The position numbers and the translations under genes were made by a program. DNA of 63,845 nt, counting the filler, from Acidimicrobiia bacterium (GTDB lineage: Bacteria; Actinomycetota; Acidimicrobiia; Spongiisociales; JAENVV01): assembly GCA_041577335.1 (NCBI GenBank). It is 4 parts of 4 records of this genome, joined end to end, with 100 filler letters (N's around TTAATTAATTAA, not from the genome) between each part and the next. Parts side by side here need not be neighbours in the genome. Positions count along the whole stretch, not along the records: positions 38,683 to 57,241 come from JBFGJH010000068.1; positions 57,342 to 63,845 come from JBFGJH010000100.1; 2 more parts are not named here. The stretch is one strand, 5' to 3'. The notes under the pieces were generated by a model. That model was not told where the DNA came from. It did not search any database and saw only the letters and a list, made by a program, of their open reading frames with translations. Shown here piece by piece: positions 48,112 through 59,338 of the stretch. Each line of letters begins with the position of its first letter. Within the stretch, counting starts at the first letter, position 1.

Positions 48112-49305
48112 TCAGCCCGCCAGGCCCAGGAAATGCTCGGCGACCCGATCGAGGAGTCTGGCGGCAACTTCTCGTTTTGGCATCAACGGCCAAGGATCGG
48201 CCTCACCCTCCGGTGTGATCAGCGTCACCTGGTTGGTGGGTGTGGCGAAGCCACTTCCAGCCTGAGACACGTCGTTGGCCACGAGAAGATCGACACCGTA
48301 TGTGGTGGCCTTTCGAAATGCGTCCTGAATATCCCCCGCCTGAGCGGCAAAGCCAACCAGAAATGGTCGTGGGGTCATCGCGGCGATGCCCGCCAGGATG
48401 TTTTCGGTTGGCTCGAGCACGAGCTCGGGCACACCATCGCTGCGCCGCAGCTTGCTGTCCGCGGGCTGCTTGGGGCGGAAGTCGGCGACGGCTGCCGCCA
48501 GTATCGCTACATCGGCGTCCTTGGCGGCTGCCCAGGTGGCGGTTGCCATCGAGGCGGCATCCTCTACCGCCACGAGCGTGCAACCGGCAGCGGGGAGGTC
48601 CGATGCGGTGATGAGGGAGACGAATGCTCCACGTCGTGCCGCCTCGGTTGCGATGGCGTGACCCATGCGGCCTGACGAGCGGTTGCCGATGAATCTGACC
48701 GGATCGATGGCTTCGCGGGTTCCTCCGGCAGTGACCACGACCGACTTCCCATGGAGCGGATCCTGCTCATTCGCGGCGAGAGATTGGTAACAGGCCAAGA
48801 CGATGGCCTCCGGTTCGACCATCCGGCCGATGCCCGTGTCGCCTCCGGCGAGCTCACCCACCTCCGGGCCGACGATGGTATGGCCTTGCCGACGCAGCTC
48901 GTCGATGTTCTCCTGCGTCGAAGGCTGCTCCCACATCTCCGTGTGCATGGCGGGAGCAATCACCAACGGCGCCTCCGAGGCCAGCACCGTGGCGATCAGT
49001 GCGTCGCCGGAAACTCCTCCGGCCAATCGGGCCAGCGTGTGTGCCGTCGCTGGAGCAACCACGATCAGGTCAGCCCATCTTCCCAGCGTTGTATGTGGGC
49101 TGACGTCGGGCCCGCCGAACAAACGATCGACCACCGGTGCACCGGTGATGCCTGCCAGCGTTTGGGAGCCCACGAACTTCTCGGCAGAGGACGTCATGAC
49201 GACGCGAACCTCGGCGCCTTCTTCGAGCAGGAGCCTGGCAAGAAATGCCGACTTGTAGGCGGCGATGCCGCCCGAGATGCCCAGAACTATGCGGCGACCC
49301 CGCAC
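48112..49305 (-). CDS. coaBC: Phosphopantothenoylcysteine decarboxylase/ligase
   Basis: GGIAAYK, APAM, TREAIDPVRFIGNRSSG, AAVAD. Confidence 0.96.
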   Translation of the reverse strand: MRGRRIVLGISGGIAAYKSAFLARLLLEEGAEVRVVMTSSAEKFVGSQTLAGITGAPVVDRLFGGPDVSPHTTLGRWADLIVVAPATAHTLARLAGGVSGDALIATVLASEAPLVIAPAMHTEMWEQPSTQENIDELRRQGHTIVGPEVGELAGGDTGIGRMVEPEAIVLACYQSLAANEQDPLHGKSVVVTAGGTREAIDPVRFIGNRSSGRMGHAIATEAARRGAFVSLITASDLPAAGCTLVAVEDAASMATATWAAAKDADVAILAAAVADFRPKQPADSKLRRSDGVPELVLEPTENILAGIAAMTPRPFLVGFAAQAGDIQDAFRKATTYGVDLLVANDVSQAGSGFATPTNQVTLITPEGEADPWPLMPKREVAARLLDRVAEHFLGLAG

Positions 49306-49309
49306 CCTG

Positions 49310-49540
49310 CTATTCCTCGTCGAACTCGAACGAAACCTTGTCTTCGGCGATCTCCTCGAAGGCGATCGTCAACGGCTTGCGACTGAGAGAGTGGACCTGC
49401 GGCGGAACGTAGCTACCGATGCCCTCTCCCAGCTCGTTGTAGTACGCGTTGATCTGGCGAGCTCGACGCGATGACACAATGACCAGCTGAAAGCGGCCAC
49501 CCATGGCGTCGAGGGCGGTTTCGATCGGGTTATCGGGCAT
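49310..49540 (-). CDS. rpoZ: RNA polymerase omega subunit
   Basis: LV..SSRRARQI and KPLTIA.EEI; between gmk and coaBC. Confidence 0.92.
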   Translation of the reverse strand: MPDNPIETALDAMGGRFQLVIVSSRRARQINAYYNELGEGIGSYVPPQVHSLSRKPLTIAFEEIAEDKVSFEFDEE

Positions 49541-50144
49541 TGGATCCTTCTTCGTGAGCGGCCAGTATACGCATGATCTCGTCTGTGGCCCGCTCGACAC
49601 GATCTCCGACCACGACTGCGTCGTAGTGCTCCGATGCGTCTGCGATCTGTTCGGCGGCGGCTGCCAGGCGCTGGACCACCGCCGTCGGATTGGTGTCTCC
49701 CCGTCCTTTGAGCCGTCGCTCGAGCTCTTCCATCGTCGGGGGAACGATGAACACCGTCACAGCGTCCGGGTAGGAGGACTTGACCTGTCGAGCTCCCCAG
49801 TTCTCGATGTCGAGCAGTACGTCCTTCCCCGCATCGAGATGCGCGACCAGGGCTGCCGCCGGAGTTCCGTAACGGTTTCCCCCGTATCTCGCCCACTCGA
49901 GAAGCTCATGGCGGGCAACGAGGCCGTCGAAGGTTGCGTCATCCACGAACCGATAGTCGACCCCGTCGACCTCGCCGTGGCGGGGTGCCCGCGTGGTCAC
50001 CGAGACCGAGAACTCGAAACGCCGTCGTTCTTTGAGCGCTTCGACGATGGTGCTCTTGCCCACCCCCGACGGCCCGGAGATGACGAGCAGGGTCCCTCGT
50101 GCGGTGGGCTCGCTCTCCCCGCCGGCGTCGTTGGGCTGAGACAT
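49530..50144 (-). CDS. gmk: Guanylate kinase
   Basis: GPSGVGKST, TTRAPR.GEVDG, YGT. Confidence 0.96.
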   Translation of the reverse strand: MSQPNDAGGESEPTARGTLLVISGPSGVGKSTIVEALKERRRFEFSVSVTTRAPRHGEVDGVDYRFVDDATFDGLVARHELLEWARYGGNRYGTPAAALVAHLDAGKDVLLDIENWGARQVKSSYPDAVTVFIVPPTMEELERRLKGRGDTNPTAVVQRLAAAAEQIADASEHYDAVVVGDRVERATDEIMRILAAHEEGSNAR

Positions 50145-50150
50145 GGCGTC

Positions 50151-50462
50151 TTACGAGAAGGTGTCGAGGAGGGAGGCTCGCTGCTTCGGTCCCAGGCCGC
50201 GAATGCGGCGATTGTCAGCGATGCCGACCTCCTCCATGAGGCGTTTCGCCTTGACTTTGCCCATGCCGGGCAGCGACGGGAGCACCGAGGCGATCTTCAT
50301 ACCGGCGACGGTGTCGTCGACTTCGGATCTTTCCATGAGCTCGGCGAAGCTGAGCGAGCCCATCTTCAACAGCTCTTTGAGCTCGGCTCTGGTCCGCCGC
50401 ACCTCTGCGGCCTTGCTCAACGCTGCTTGCCGTTGAGCGTCGGTAAGTTCGGGGGGGTTCAA
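50151..50462 (-). CDS. mihF: Actinobacterial integration host factor
   Basis: R.AAL.KA...R..RAE, SLPGMGKVKA, RRIRGLG; GAGG before TTG. Confidence 0.93.
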   Translation of the reverse strand: MNPPELTDAQRQAALSKAAEVRRTRAELKELLKMGSLSFAELMERSEVDDTVAGMKIASVLPSLPGMGKVKAKRLMEEVGIADNRRIRGLGPKQRASLLDTFS

Positions 50463-50495
50463 TCCTCACCTCGTCTGGAGTCTGCGGCGACCAGG

Positions 50496-51203
50496 CTACC
50501 CGCCCAACGCGGCCGCGATCCGAGCAGCGGCTTCAGTCGGATCGTCGGCACGCGTGATCGGCCGACCGATCACCAGATAGTCCGCTCCCCTGGCCATGGC
50601 ATCCTCTGGTGTTGTGACACGTTTTTGATCGTCGGCTGCGTCGCTGGGACGGATCCCCGGGGTCACCTTGAGCAGTTCGGGGGCGACGGATGCCACCACA
50701 CCGAGCTCCTTGGCGGAGCAGATGACACCCTCCGCTCCCGCTCCTGCGGCGAGTTTGGCGAGCCGACTCGTTTGGCGGCCCGCCGACCCGGAAACGCCGA
50801 CCTGGGCGAGATCGGCGTCGTCGAGGCTCGTCAACACCGTGACAGCCAGCACGCCGGCAGGGCGGTTGCCTGCGCCACGTCCCAGTCCTTCGGCGGCAGC
50901 TTCCAGTTGGTCGCGACCTCCCGACGCGTGGACAGTGACCCAGCGGGCCCCCATCCGACTGAGCGCCTCCGCGGCAGCTCGTACGGTATTGGGGATGTCG
51001 TGGAGTTTGGCGTCGGCGAAGACAGGCTTGCCCAGCTGAGCCAGCGCTCCGACCGTCGCCGGACCAGGGCCCATGAGCAGCTCCAAGCCCACCTTGAAGC
51101 CGCCCACATGGGGGCTGACGGCCTGGGCAAGCCTCACCGCCTCTTCGGCGCTTGGCACGTCCAGGGCCACCAGAATCGGGTTAAGGGGTGACGCACCGGT
51201 CAT
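50496..51203 (-). CDS. pyrF: Orotidine-5'-phosphate decarboxylase
   Basis: VALD, DAKLHDIPNT, TPGIRP, VIGRPI. Confidence 0.96.
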   Translation of the reverse strand: MTGASPLNPILVALDVPSAEEAVRLAQAVSPHVGGFKVGLELLMGPGPATVGALAQLGKPVFADAKLHDIPNTVRAAAEALSRMGARWVTVHASGGRDQLEAAAEGLGRGAGNRPAGVLAVTVLTSLDDADLAQVGVSGSAGRQTSRLAKLAAGAGAEGVICSAKELGVVASVAPELLKVTPGIRPSDAADDQKRVTTPEDAMARGADYLVIGRPITRADDPTEAAARIAAALGG

Positions 51204-52105
51204 AGTGCGACGCCCTTGAGCTCGGCGATGCTCCCCACTCCTTGCTGCTCGCACCACCGCACGGCTTGTTTCAAGATGCGACGTCCGGCTTTGGGGTTCT
51301 CGAAATGTGCCGTTCCCACCCCGACTGCCGAAGCTCCCGCCATGACGTATTCGATGAGATCACTTCCGGTGCGGACCCCCCCGAGGCCGAGAATCGGCAC
51401 GTTGGGAAGTGCGCGATGCACTTCGATGACACACCGGAGGGCGACCGGCTTCATGCCGACGCCTGAGTAGCCTCCGATGACGCCGCTGATGGCCGGGCGT
51501 CGATGGTCGATGTCAATGGCGGCGCCCCATACCGTGTTGGTCAGGGTGAGCCACGCGGCGCCGGCCGCCGAGACCGATTCGGCGATCGCCACGATGTTTT
51601 CCGAATTGGGCGATAGCTTTGCCCCCACCGGAACACCCGCCACCGCCATCACCGCCTCGATGACACGGCTGCTGGCGGAGGCGTCAAGCGCAAACATGCC
51701 CTCTCCTTCGAGATTGGGGCAGGACAGGTTGACTTCCAGGGCCGAGATGGGGGCGCTGCTCAGACCGGCGGCCACATCGGCGAATTCGTCGGCGCTGTAG
51801 CCGACCGCCGAGCCCCAGACCGGAACACCCAGCGAAGCGATCTCCTCCGAATGTTGAGCCAGCCACTGCTCGATGCCCGGATTCTGGATGCCGATGCTGT
51901 TCAGCATGCCGGCCTCGGTCGGCGAGAGCCGAGGGGCGGGCCGGCCGGGCCAAGGATCGCGTGACACCGATTTGGCGACAGCTGCGCCATATGCCGCCAC
52001 GTCGGCCACACCAGCCCACTCGGTGATCGATCCCACGGTCCCTGAGCCGGCTACGAGCGGGGTCCGCAGATGGAGAGGCCCCAACCGAACGTCGAGCCTC
52101 GTCAA
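51200..52105 (-). CDS. pyrD: Dihydroorotate dehydrogenase, family 1
   Basis: MLNSIG, NLSCPN, KLSPN, LTNT; TTG 52105 overlaps the carB stop. Confidence 0.92.
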   Translation of the reverse strand: MTRLDVRLGPLHLRTPLVAGSGTVGSITEWAGVADVAAYGAAVAKSVSRDPWPGRPAPRLSPTEAGMLNSIGIQNPGIEQWLAQHSEEIASLGVPVWGSAVGYSADEFADVAAGLSSAPISALEVNLSCPNLEGEGMFALDASASSRVIEAVMAVAGVPVGAKLSPNSENIVAIAESVSAAGAAWLTLTNTVWGAAIDIDHRRPAISGVIGGYSGVGMKPVALRCVIEVHRALPNVPILGLGGVRTGSDLIEYVMAGASAVGVGTAHFENPKAGRRILKQAVRWCEQQGVGSIAELKGVAL

Positions 52106-55100
52106 CGGTGCCAGTCCTGAAGGCTGCGGGGAGCATGCAGAGCGTCGCGTCCTGCTTGCAAGCTGCGTGTTGCCGCCAACGCGCCCTGCACGGTCGTGAC
52201 ACACGGGATGCCGGCGTGCTGGGCCGCCAGGCGGAGTTTGCGGCCATCAGACCGGGCCCGAGAGCCGCGCGGGGTGTTCACGACGAGGTGTACCTCGCCT
52301 GCTTCGATGAGCGCCAGGCCGTCGTTGGGGCCTTCCCCGACCTTGTCGACCACCTCATTCGGCACGCCGTAATGGTCGAGATAGCGAGCCGTTCCCTGTG
52401 TGCAGTACAACTTGAAGCCTTGCATGCTCAAGGCCTGGGCCGCCGCCAGACCAATCGCCTTGTCCCGATTGGCCAGCGAGAAGAAGACGTTGCCAGATTC
52501 GGGGAGAACCACTCCTGTCGCGAGCAGCGCTTTCCCGTAGGCGACTCCGGCAGACTCCGAGATCCCCATCACCTCCCCGGTGGCCCGCATTTCGGGACCG
52601 AGGATGATGTCCTCCTCAGGGAACCGATCCCACGGCAAGACCGCTTCTTTGACGGCCATGAAGTCCTGCCGAAACGACTGGGGAAGGACCTCTTCGGCTC
52701 GCAGCTCCGCCAGCGTCGCGCCCATCATGACGCGGGCCGCCACCTTGGCGAGTGGCACACCAGACGCCTTCGAGATGAAGGGCACGGTTCGCGAGCCGCG
52801 CGGATTGGCTTCGAGCAGGAACACATCGTTGCCTTTGACGGCAAACTGGATGTTGATGAGCCCCCGCACTTCGAGAGCTCGCGCCAGAGCCTCAGTGGCG
52901 CTGAGAACTGCCGCCATCGCCTCCTCCCCGATCGTCGGCGGTGGGGTGACGCAGGCGCTGTCGCCGGAATGAACGCCGGCCTCCTCGACGTGCTCCATCA
53001 CGCCACCAATGAGCATCTCGCTCCCGTCGAACACGGCATCGACGTCGACTTCGGTGGCCGACTCGAGGAAGCGATCGATGAGAAGCGGGGCGGCCGACAG
53101 GTCGAGTCCGGCGCCCGAGTCGCTCATTCCTTCACCGTAGATGTCAGTGAGATAGTCGGACAGCTCCTCGTAGGAGTACACGACTCGCATCGCCCGGCCC
53201 CCCAGCACGAACGACGGCCGCACCAGCACCGGCAGGCCAATCTGATCGACGACTTGCTCGGCCTCGCCGGCGCTGGTGGCAATGCCATGCGGCGGCTGCC
53301 GGATGCCCAGTTGCGCGCACAGCGCGGAGAATTGTTCCCGGTCCTCCGCCCGATCGATCGAAGCGGGCTGGGTGCCCGCGATGGTGACCCCGCGTTCCGC
53401 CAGCGCCGAGGCGAGATTGAGCGGAGTTTGGCCTCCGAGCTGCACGATCACCGCTTCCGGCCTTTCGGCGTCAACCACCGCCAGCACATCTTCGACTGTC
53501 AACGGCTCGAAGTAGAGCCGATCGGACGTGTCGTAGTCGGTAGAGACGGTCTCTGGATTGCAGTTGACCATCACGGTCTCATACCCGGCTTGGCGCAGCG
53601 CAAATGAGGCGTGCACACAGCAGTAGTCGAACTCTATTCCCTGGCCGATCCGGTTCGGCCCTGAGCCCAGCACGAGGACGCGCGGCTTTTCGGCGGGCGG
53701 GACCTCATCTTCGTCTTCGAACGTCGAGTACATGTACGGTGTCGTCGCTTCGAACTCGGCGGCGCACGTGTCGACGGTCTTGTATGTGACCTGCACAGCG
53801 AGATCGCGGCGGAGCTGGCGGACGTAGTCCTCGGGCCGCTGCCAGAGGTAGGCGAGTTGCGCGTCGGAAAAACCGTACCGTTTGGCCGTCCGGAGGCAAG
53901 GACGGACGGCAGGGTCGGCGGCCGCGGCCAGGAGTTGGGCGGCCTCGATCTCGTGGCGGACTTCCGTGATCTCACTGAGTTGGTCGACGAACCACGGATC
54001 GAATCTCGTGTGAGCCGCCACCGTTGCGACATCCATGCCGCGTCGGAGAGCCTCGCCAACCTGAAAGATACGGTCGGGTGTCGGCCGATCGAGCATCTCC
54101 ACGAGCACGGTGTCCGGTGTGTCGATCCAGGCGCGCTCTGCTTCCGTGGCCCCGAGGCCCTTGTGCCCCGATTCGAGGCTGCGCAGAGCTTTCTGCAGGG
54201 CTTCAGGAAACGTTCGCCCGATGGCCATGGCTTCGCCGACGGACTGCATGGAGGTGCCCAAGGTGGTGGAAGCGGATGGGAATTTCGCAAAATCGAACCG
54301 AGGAACTTTGACCACCACATAGTCGAGGGCGGGCTCAAACGAAGCCGGCGTCTTGCCCGTGATGTCGTTGGCGATCTCGGGAAGCGTGTAGCCGACCGCC
54401 AGGAGCGCGGCGATCTTGGCAATGGGAAAGCCCGTTGCTTTGGATGCCAGAGCGGACGATCGTGAAACCCGGGGAGTCATCTCGATCACCAGGCGGCGCC
54501 CGGTCGCCGGGTCGACGGCGAATTGGACATTGGATCCACCCGTCTCGACCCCGATGGCCTGGAGGCACCGAATCGCCTCGTCTCGCATCTCCTGATACTC
54601 ACGATCGGACAGCGTCTGAATCGGTGCCACCGTGATCGAGTCGCCGGTGTGGACTCCCATGGGGTCGAGATTCTCGATGGAGCACACGATGACCGCATTG
54701 TCGGCACGATCGCGCATCACCTCCAGCTCGTACTCCTTCCAACCAAGGACGGACTCTTCGACCAGAATTTCGCCCACCGGTGACACCGACAGCCCATACC
54801 GCGCCCGAGTGATGAAGTCCTCCTCGTCGAAGGCCAGCCCGGTGCCTCCCCCCCCGAGGATGAACGACGGTCGGATCATCACGGGATAGCCGATCTCGGC
54901 CGCCGCCGACATCGCCTCTGCCATCGATCGCGCGTAGGTGGCCCGAGGAGTAGCCAAGCCGACGCCTTCCATGGTTTCCTTGAACCGTCCGCGGTCCTCG
55001 GCCCGCTCGATCGCGTCGAGCCCCGCTCCGATGAGTTCCACGTTGTAGCGTTCGAACACGCCGGCTTTGGCCAGCTCGGTGGTGACGTTGAGGGCCGTCT

Positions 55101-55377
55101 GGCCGCCCAGGGTGGGGAGGCAGGCATCAGGACGCTCCTTTTCGATGATCCGCTCCACGACCGCGGCGGTGATCGGCTCGAGGTAGGTGGCGTCGGCGAA
55201 CTCGGGATCAGTCATGATGGTGGCGGGATTCGAGTTGACCAGGACGACCCGGTAGCCCTCTCGTCGCAGGACCTTGGCCGCCTGGGTACCCGAGTAGTCG
55301 AACTCACAAGCCTGCCCGATGATGATGGGACCTGATCCGATGAGGAGAATCGTCTCGATGTCCGTTCTCCGAGCCAT
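52102..55377 (-). CDS. carB: Carbamoyl-phosphate synthase large subunit
   Basis: [32 protein letters not shown]-terminal MGS domain. Confidence 0.98.
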   Translation of the reverse strand: MARRTDIETILLIGSGPIIIGQACEFDYSGTQAAKVLRREGYRVVLVNSNPATIMTDPEFADATYLEPITAAVVERIIEKERPDACLPTLGGQTALNVTTELAKAGVFERYNVELIGAGLDAIERAEDRGRFKETMEGVGLATPRATYARSMAEAMSAAAEIGYPVMIRPSFILGGGGTGLAFDEEDFITRARYGLSVSPVGEILVEESVLGWKEYELEVMRDRADNAVIVCSIENLDPMGVHTGDSITVAPIQTLSDREYQEMRDEAIRCLQAIGVETGGSNVQFAVDPATGRRLVIEMTPRVSRSSALASKATGFPIAKIAALLAVGYTLPEIANDITGKTPASFEPALDYVVVKVPRFDFAKFPSASTTLGTSMQSVGEAMAIGRTFPEALQKALRSLESGHKGLGATEAERAWIDTPDTVLVEMLDRPTPDRIFQVGEALRRGMDVATVAAHTRFDPWFVDQLSEITEVRHEIEAAQLLAAAADPAVRPCLRTAKRYGFSDAQLAYLWQRPEDYVRQLRRDLAVQVTYKTVDTCAAEFEATTPYMYSTFEDEDEVPPAEKPRVLVLGSGPNRIGQGIEFDYCCVHASFALRQAGYETVMVNCNPETVSTDYDTSDRLYFEPLTVEDVLAVVDAERPEAVIVQLGGQTPLNLASALAERGVTIAGTQPASIDRAEDREQFSALCAQLGIRQPPHGIATSAGEAEQVVDQIGLPVLVRPSFVLGGRAMRVVYSYEELSDYLTDIYGEGMSDSGAGLDLSAAPLLIDRFLESATEVDVDAVFDGSEMLIGGVMEHVEEAGVHSGDSACVTPPPTIGEEAMAAVLSATEALARALEVRGLINIQFAVKGNDVFLLEANPRGSRTVPFISKASGVPLAKVAARVMMGATLAELRAEEVLPQSFRQDFMAVKEAVLPWDRFPEEDIILGPEMRATGEVMGISESAGVAYGKALLATGVVLPESGNVFFSLANRDKAIGLAAAQALSMQGFKLYCTQGTARYLDHYGVPNEVVDKVGEGPNDGLALIEAGEVHLVVNTPRGSRARSDGRKLRLAAQHAGIPCVTTVQGALAATRSLQAGRDALHAPRSLQDWHR

Positions 55378-56534
55378 CAGTTGTTCTCCATGATTTCGAC
55401 GAAGTTATCGAAGAGGCCAAGCGAATCATGAGGACCGGGCGCTGCTTCGGGGTGGTACTGCACCGAAAACGCAGGGATGTCGAGACAGCGCAGCCCTTCG
55501 CAGGTGCCGTCGTTCAGGTTCTGGTGGCTCGGCACCACTTCGCCGAACGGCGAGCTCATCAGACCGGGCATCATGTCGCGGGTGGCCAAACCGGTGACGG
55601 TGGGCGCTTCGCCTTCGCTCAGCGCCCATGGATCCACCGCAAAACCGTGGTTCTGGCTGGTGATTTCGACCTTGTCGTCCGCCAGTCGCTGCACGGGATG
55701 GTTCCCGCCGTGATGACCGAAAGGAAGCTTGAAGGTCACGGCGCCGAGCGCCAGGCCCAAGACCTGATGGCCGAGGCAGATCCCAAACAGCGGAACTTTG
55801 CCCAACACTCCCCGGACCGCGGCGATGGGTTGTGTGAGAGGCTCCGGATCTCCGGGACCGTTCGACAAGAACACCCCGGCCGGATCGAGATCAAGGATGT
55901 CCGCGGCGCTGGTCGTCGCGGGCACCACCACTGCCTCATATCCGCGCATGGTGAGGTTGTCAACGATGTCTCGTTTCAGCCCTAAGTCCATGGCGACCAC
56001 CCTTCCCCGTGTCTCTCCGATGGCCTCGACGGTGTACGGCGCCTTGGTCGAGACTTCGTAGGCCAGAGATCGTCCGACCATCGACGGCGCGTTGGCGGCC
56101 ATCTCGCGAAGGTCCGCCTCGGAGATGTCGACGCCCATGGCGATGGGCTGGGCGCCGTGGTCACGGATATGGCGGGTGAGCCGGCGAGTGTCGACATCCG
56201 CCAAGGCAACGATGCCTCGCTGCTGCAGGTAGTCCCCGAGCGTGCCCTCGGCCCGCCAGTTCGACTCTCGCCTACTGAGGGAGCGGACAATGATCCCCGC
56301 CGTCCACGCTCGGTCGGCCTGGTCATCGGCGGCGGTCACGCCGTAGTTGCCAATGTGGCTGGCGGTCATCACCACCACCTGACCGGCGTAGGAGGGATCG
56401 GAGAAGATCTCCTGGTACCCGGCCATGGCGGTGTTGAATACCACCTCCCCGGTCGCCACTCCGTCGGCTCCGACTGCTCGGCCCTCGAATACCTCACCAT
56501 CGGCAGTGACGGCCAGCGCCGATCGGTAGGTCAT
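55377..56534 (-). CDS. carA: Carbamoyl-phosphate synthase small subunit
   Basis: GEVVFNT, SNGPGDP, GICLGHQ, QYHPEA. Confidence 0.97.
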   Translation of the reverse strand: MTYRSALAVTADGEVFEGRAVGADGVATGEVVFNTAMAGYQEIFSDPSYAGQVVVMTASHIGNYGVTAADDQADRAWTAGIIVRSLSRRESNWRAEGTLGDYLQQRGIVALADVDTRRLTRHIRDHGAQPIAMGVDISEADLREMAANAPSMVGRSLAYEVSTKAPYTVEAIGETRGRVVAMDLGLKRDIVDNLTMRGYEAVVVPATTSAADILDLDPAGVFLSNGPGDPEPLTQPIAAVRGVLGKVPLFGICLGHQVLGLALGAVTFKLPFGHHGGNHPVQRLADDKVEITSQNHGFAVDPWALSEGEAPTVTGLATRDMMPGLMSSPFGEVVPSHQNLNDGTCEGLRCLDIPAFSVQYHPEAAPGPHDSLGLFDNFVEIMENN

Positions 56535-57241
56535 GTGGTCCTCTCCCCAGCAAGCTCGTGCGTGACGACTCCACCGTACAGCGTGACTGCCACCTGGCCC
56601 CGTAACGGGACTCCGATCCATGGCGAGTTCGATGACTTCGAACGGAATCGCTGAGGCGTCCACTCCGCCTGTGGGTCGAAGACGACGATATCGGCTCGTC
56701 GTGAGGGCTCCAGCCATCCGCCGTCGACCCCGGCGACCGCAGCTGGTGCGATCGACATCCTCTCGAAGAGGGCCACCGGATCGAGGCCAACCGCAGAGTG
56801 CACCACTGCTGCGGCGGTTTCGAGGCCGATGACTCCTCTTGGTGCCTCCTCGAAGGGCACATCTTTCTCGTGCGCCGAATGAGGCGCGTGATCCGTGGCG
56901 ACACAGTCGATGGTGCCGTTCTCGAGAGCTTGGCGGAGCGCCTCGACGTCGGCATGCGTGCGCAGGGGCGGATACATCTTGGCCACCGAATCCATCGACT
57001 CGACCAGGCGATGGTCAAACGCCAGATGATGTGGGGCGACTTCGGCCGTCACAGGGAGGCCCTGGCTCTTCGCCCACGCAACCAACTCCACCGTCCCGGT
57101 AGTGGATACGTGCTGGACGTGATAGGGGCAACCAGTCAGTTCAACGAGGCGCAAATCACGCGCCACGACCAGCTCTTCGGCCAGCGCCGGAAGGCCGGCC
57201 ATGCCGAGGCGCGCCGAGACCACTCCCTCGTGCATGTGGCC
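56531..57241 (-). CDS. pyrC: Dihydroorotase (5' truncated)
   Basis: HVST, EVAPHH, ATDHAPH, SKSSNSP. Confidence 0.93.
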   Translation of the reverse strand, partial: GHMHEGVVSARLGMAGLPALAEELVVARDLRLVELTGCPYHVQHVSTTGTVELVAWAKSQGLPVTAEVAPHHLAFDHRLVESMDSVAKMYPPLRTHADVEALRQALENGTIDCVATDHAPHSAHEKDVPFEEAPRGVIGLETAAAVVHSAVGLDPVALFERMSIAPAAVAGVDGGWLEPSRRADIVVFDPQAEWTPQRFRSKSSNSPWIGVPLRGQVAVTLYGGVVTHELAGERTT

Positions 57242-57341
57242 NNNNNNNNNNNNNNNNNNNNNNNNNNNNNNNNNNNNNNNNNNNNTTAATTAATTAANNN
57301 NNNNNNNNNNNNNNNNNNNNNNNNNNNNNNNNNNNNNNNNN
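57242..57341. other. Artificial contig-join spacer
   Basis: N-run with TTAATTAATTAA. Confidence 0.97.
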
Positions 57342-57608
57342 ATCGGTGGATCCTTCGTTCAACTTCTGCAACCGCTCGGCCCCGAGAGTCCTGTCGGCAG
57401 ATTCCTGTCCAGAAACGGCGAGGGTCTGCACCACGTTGCCTATGCCGTGAGCTCGATTGAGGCCGCGCTCCAGCACCTGAAGGACGAGGGCGCCAATCTG
57501 ATCGACACCGAGCCACGACGAGGAGGCCGCGGCGCTCGGATCGCCTTTGTGCACCCAGGCGATCTTGCAGGCACCCTCATCGAACTCGTGGAGCTTTCCG
57601 ATGCCTGA
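57342..57608 (+). CDS. mce: Methylmalonyl-CoA epimerase (5' truncated)
   Basis: Manual translation ...VQLLQPLGPESPVGRFLSRNGEGLHHVAY...IAFVHP...GTLIELVE. Confidence 0.88.
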   Translation: MGGSFVQLLQPLGPESPVGRFLSRNGEGLHHVAYAVSSIEAALQHLKDEGANLIDTEPRRGGRGARIAFVHPGDLAGTLIELVELSDA

Positions 57609-57801
57609 GCCCGAGATCCGTGGCGGAGCCGACGAGTTCGAGGCTGCTGTAATTGCCGTTGTCCTGGATCAGATCTCTCGCGACGAAAAGGCAAGGTCGA
57701 CGCGCCGCCCCGATCGATCTTCGTCACTACCGGCTTGGGTCCGGATTACCAGACCGGATGAGTCGCAGCATCCTTTCGACACCCCCCGACCCGGCGACTG
57801 A
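57601..57801 (+). CDS. Small protein resembling acyl-CoA carboxylase epsilon subunit
   Basis: 66 aa, IRGGADEFEAAVIAVVL...LPAW; ATGCCTGA overlap with mce. Confidence 0.55.
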   Translation: MPEPEIRGGADEFEAAVIAVVLDQISRDEKARSTRRPDRSSSLPAWVRITRPDESQHPFDTPRPGD

Positions 57802-57805
57802 GGTT

Positions 57806-59338
57806 CTAGCTTCGTCCGGCGATGTCTCTCAGCTCGGGCGACCTCAACAGCAGCGAGACGGCCATGAAGGCGGCCACCACGGTCAGACCGCCAACCACCG
57901 CCGAGCCCAGACCTGACAGAGTGGTGAGTTCGCCATCTCCAAAGAGCACTCCTACCAGTGGCCGGGCCACGAGTCCCGCCGCGACCGCGGCCACGATCCC
58001 GCGGGTCAGCGACGGGAGCAGTTGCCGAGCCCAAGTCCATCCCGAGTCAAGGCCCCAAGCCACGGCCAGGCCGATTGCGTAGCCGCTGATGATCAAGGTC
58101 GAGGCAAGGGCATATCCTTCGATACCCATGGCCGAGTAGAGAACGAGCCACGTCGGGATCGCCAGGACGGAGAATCCGGTACCGATGACGACCGGCGTCC
58201 ACATCTTGCGTTTCGCATAGAAGTGGCGGGCGAGGATCTGATGCAGCCCCCAGGCCGGAATCGAGAACGCATAGATCGTCAACAGCCGCGCCACCAACTG
58301 GGCATCCTGAGCCGTGAATTCTCCGTACTGATAGAGAATACGGACCAGCGGCCCGGCCAGAACGGCCAGCGCGGCCGTAGCCCCCAGGGCTACGAATACC
58401 GTGTTGCGGGCAGCACGCCCCGTCGTCTCGGTAAGCGCCTCACTGTCGCCCTGTTCGGCGAGCCGGGCGAAGAACGGGAATGCCGCCACACCCGCTGCCT
58501 GTGCGATGACGCCCACCGGAACCATGTTGAGCTGCCTTGCGAACGAGAGCGATGCAGTGGCCCCTTCTTCGACCTGGCCGAAGAAGCGAACGAACTGCTC
58601 GTCGAGCACCGCGATCGACTGACCGATCATCAGTGGCAGCGCGAGGACGAGATACTCGCCGACATGAGATTCCCTGCGGAGATCGCGTGTGAACCACGTA
58701 CCTGTGCGCTGAGCACCAAACCACTGCAACCCGAAGTTGCCCACGGCGGAGCCGATGACGGCACCCCAGAGGAAGGCCTCCGGGGATGGGTCTCCTGTGG
58801 CTGCACCCGCGAGACCGCCGATGATGATCGCGATGTTGTAGATGAGGGGTGCCAAAGCCGGAAAGACGAACTGACGATGGGTGTACTGGACCGCCATCAA
58901 GAGCGCGCCGACTACCAGGAAGACCTGCGCTGGAAGCACCAGGCGAGTCATGGAGACCAGGCGAGACTGGTCTGCCGCCTCAGGGAAGACAAGAGACACG
59001 ACGGGTTCGGCGAAAAGCCACATCAGGGCTGTGAGCACGATGATTGCCGCCGCAACGAATCGAAACACCGATGTGAACGCGCGACTCGCCGCTGCCAAGT
59101 CGCCCGCTTCGAGGTGCCGGCTGAGAATGGGAATCAGCGTGATGGTGAGATATGCCCCGGCGAGCAGGTAGTTGAGTAGATCGGGGATCGTGAAGGCCTG
59201 CCTGTAGAGATCGGCCTCGGTATTCACACCGATGAGCCCGGCCAGCAGGGCCTCACGGCCGAGGCCGAGCAAACGTGAGAGGAGAACGCTCCCGGAGACG
59301 ACCGCGGCGGCGGCTCCCATGCGAAGCGGACGACTCAT
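57806..59338 (-). CDS. murJ: Lipid II flippase MurJ (MviN)
   Basis: SRLLGLGRE, AFTIPD, YQYGEF, FYA; many TM helices. Confidence 0.92.
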   Translation of the reverse strand: MSRPLRMGAAAAVVSGSVLLSRLLGLGREALLAGLIGVNTEADLYRQAFTIPDLLNYLLAGAYLTITLIPILSRHLEAGDLAAASRAFTSVFRFVAAAIIVLTALMWLFAEPVVSLVFPEAADQSRLVSMTRLVLPAQVFLVVGALLMAVQYTHRQFVFPALAPLIYNIAIIIGGLAGAATGDPSPEAFLWGAVIGSAVGNFGLQWFGAQRTGTWFTRDLRRESHVGEYLVLALPLMIGQSIAVLDEQFVRFFGQVEEGATASLSFARQLNMVPVGVIAQAAGVAAFPFFARLAEQGDSEALTETTGRAARNTVFVALGATAALAVLAGPLVRILYQYGEFTAQDAQLVARLLTIYAFSIPAWGLHQILARHFYAKRKMWTPVVIGTGFSVLAIPTWLVLYSAMGIEGYALASTLIISGYAIGLAVAWGLDSGWTWARQLLPSLTRGIVAAVAAGLVARPLVGVLFGDGELTTLSGLGSAVVGGLTVVAAFMAVSLLLRSPELRDIAGRS

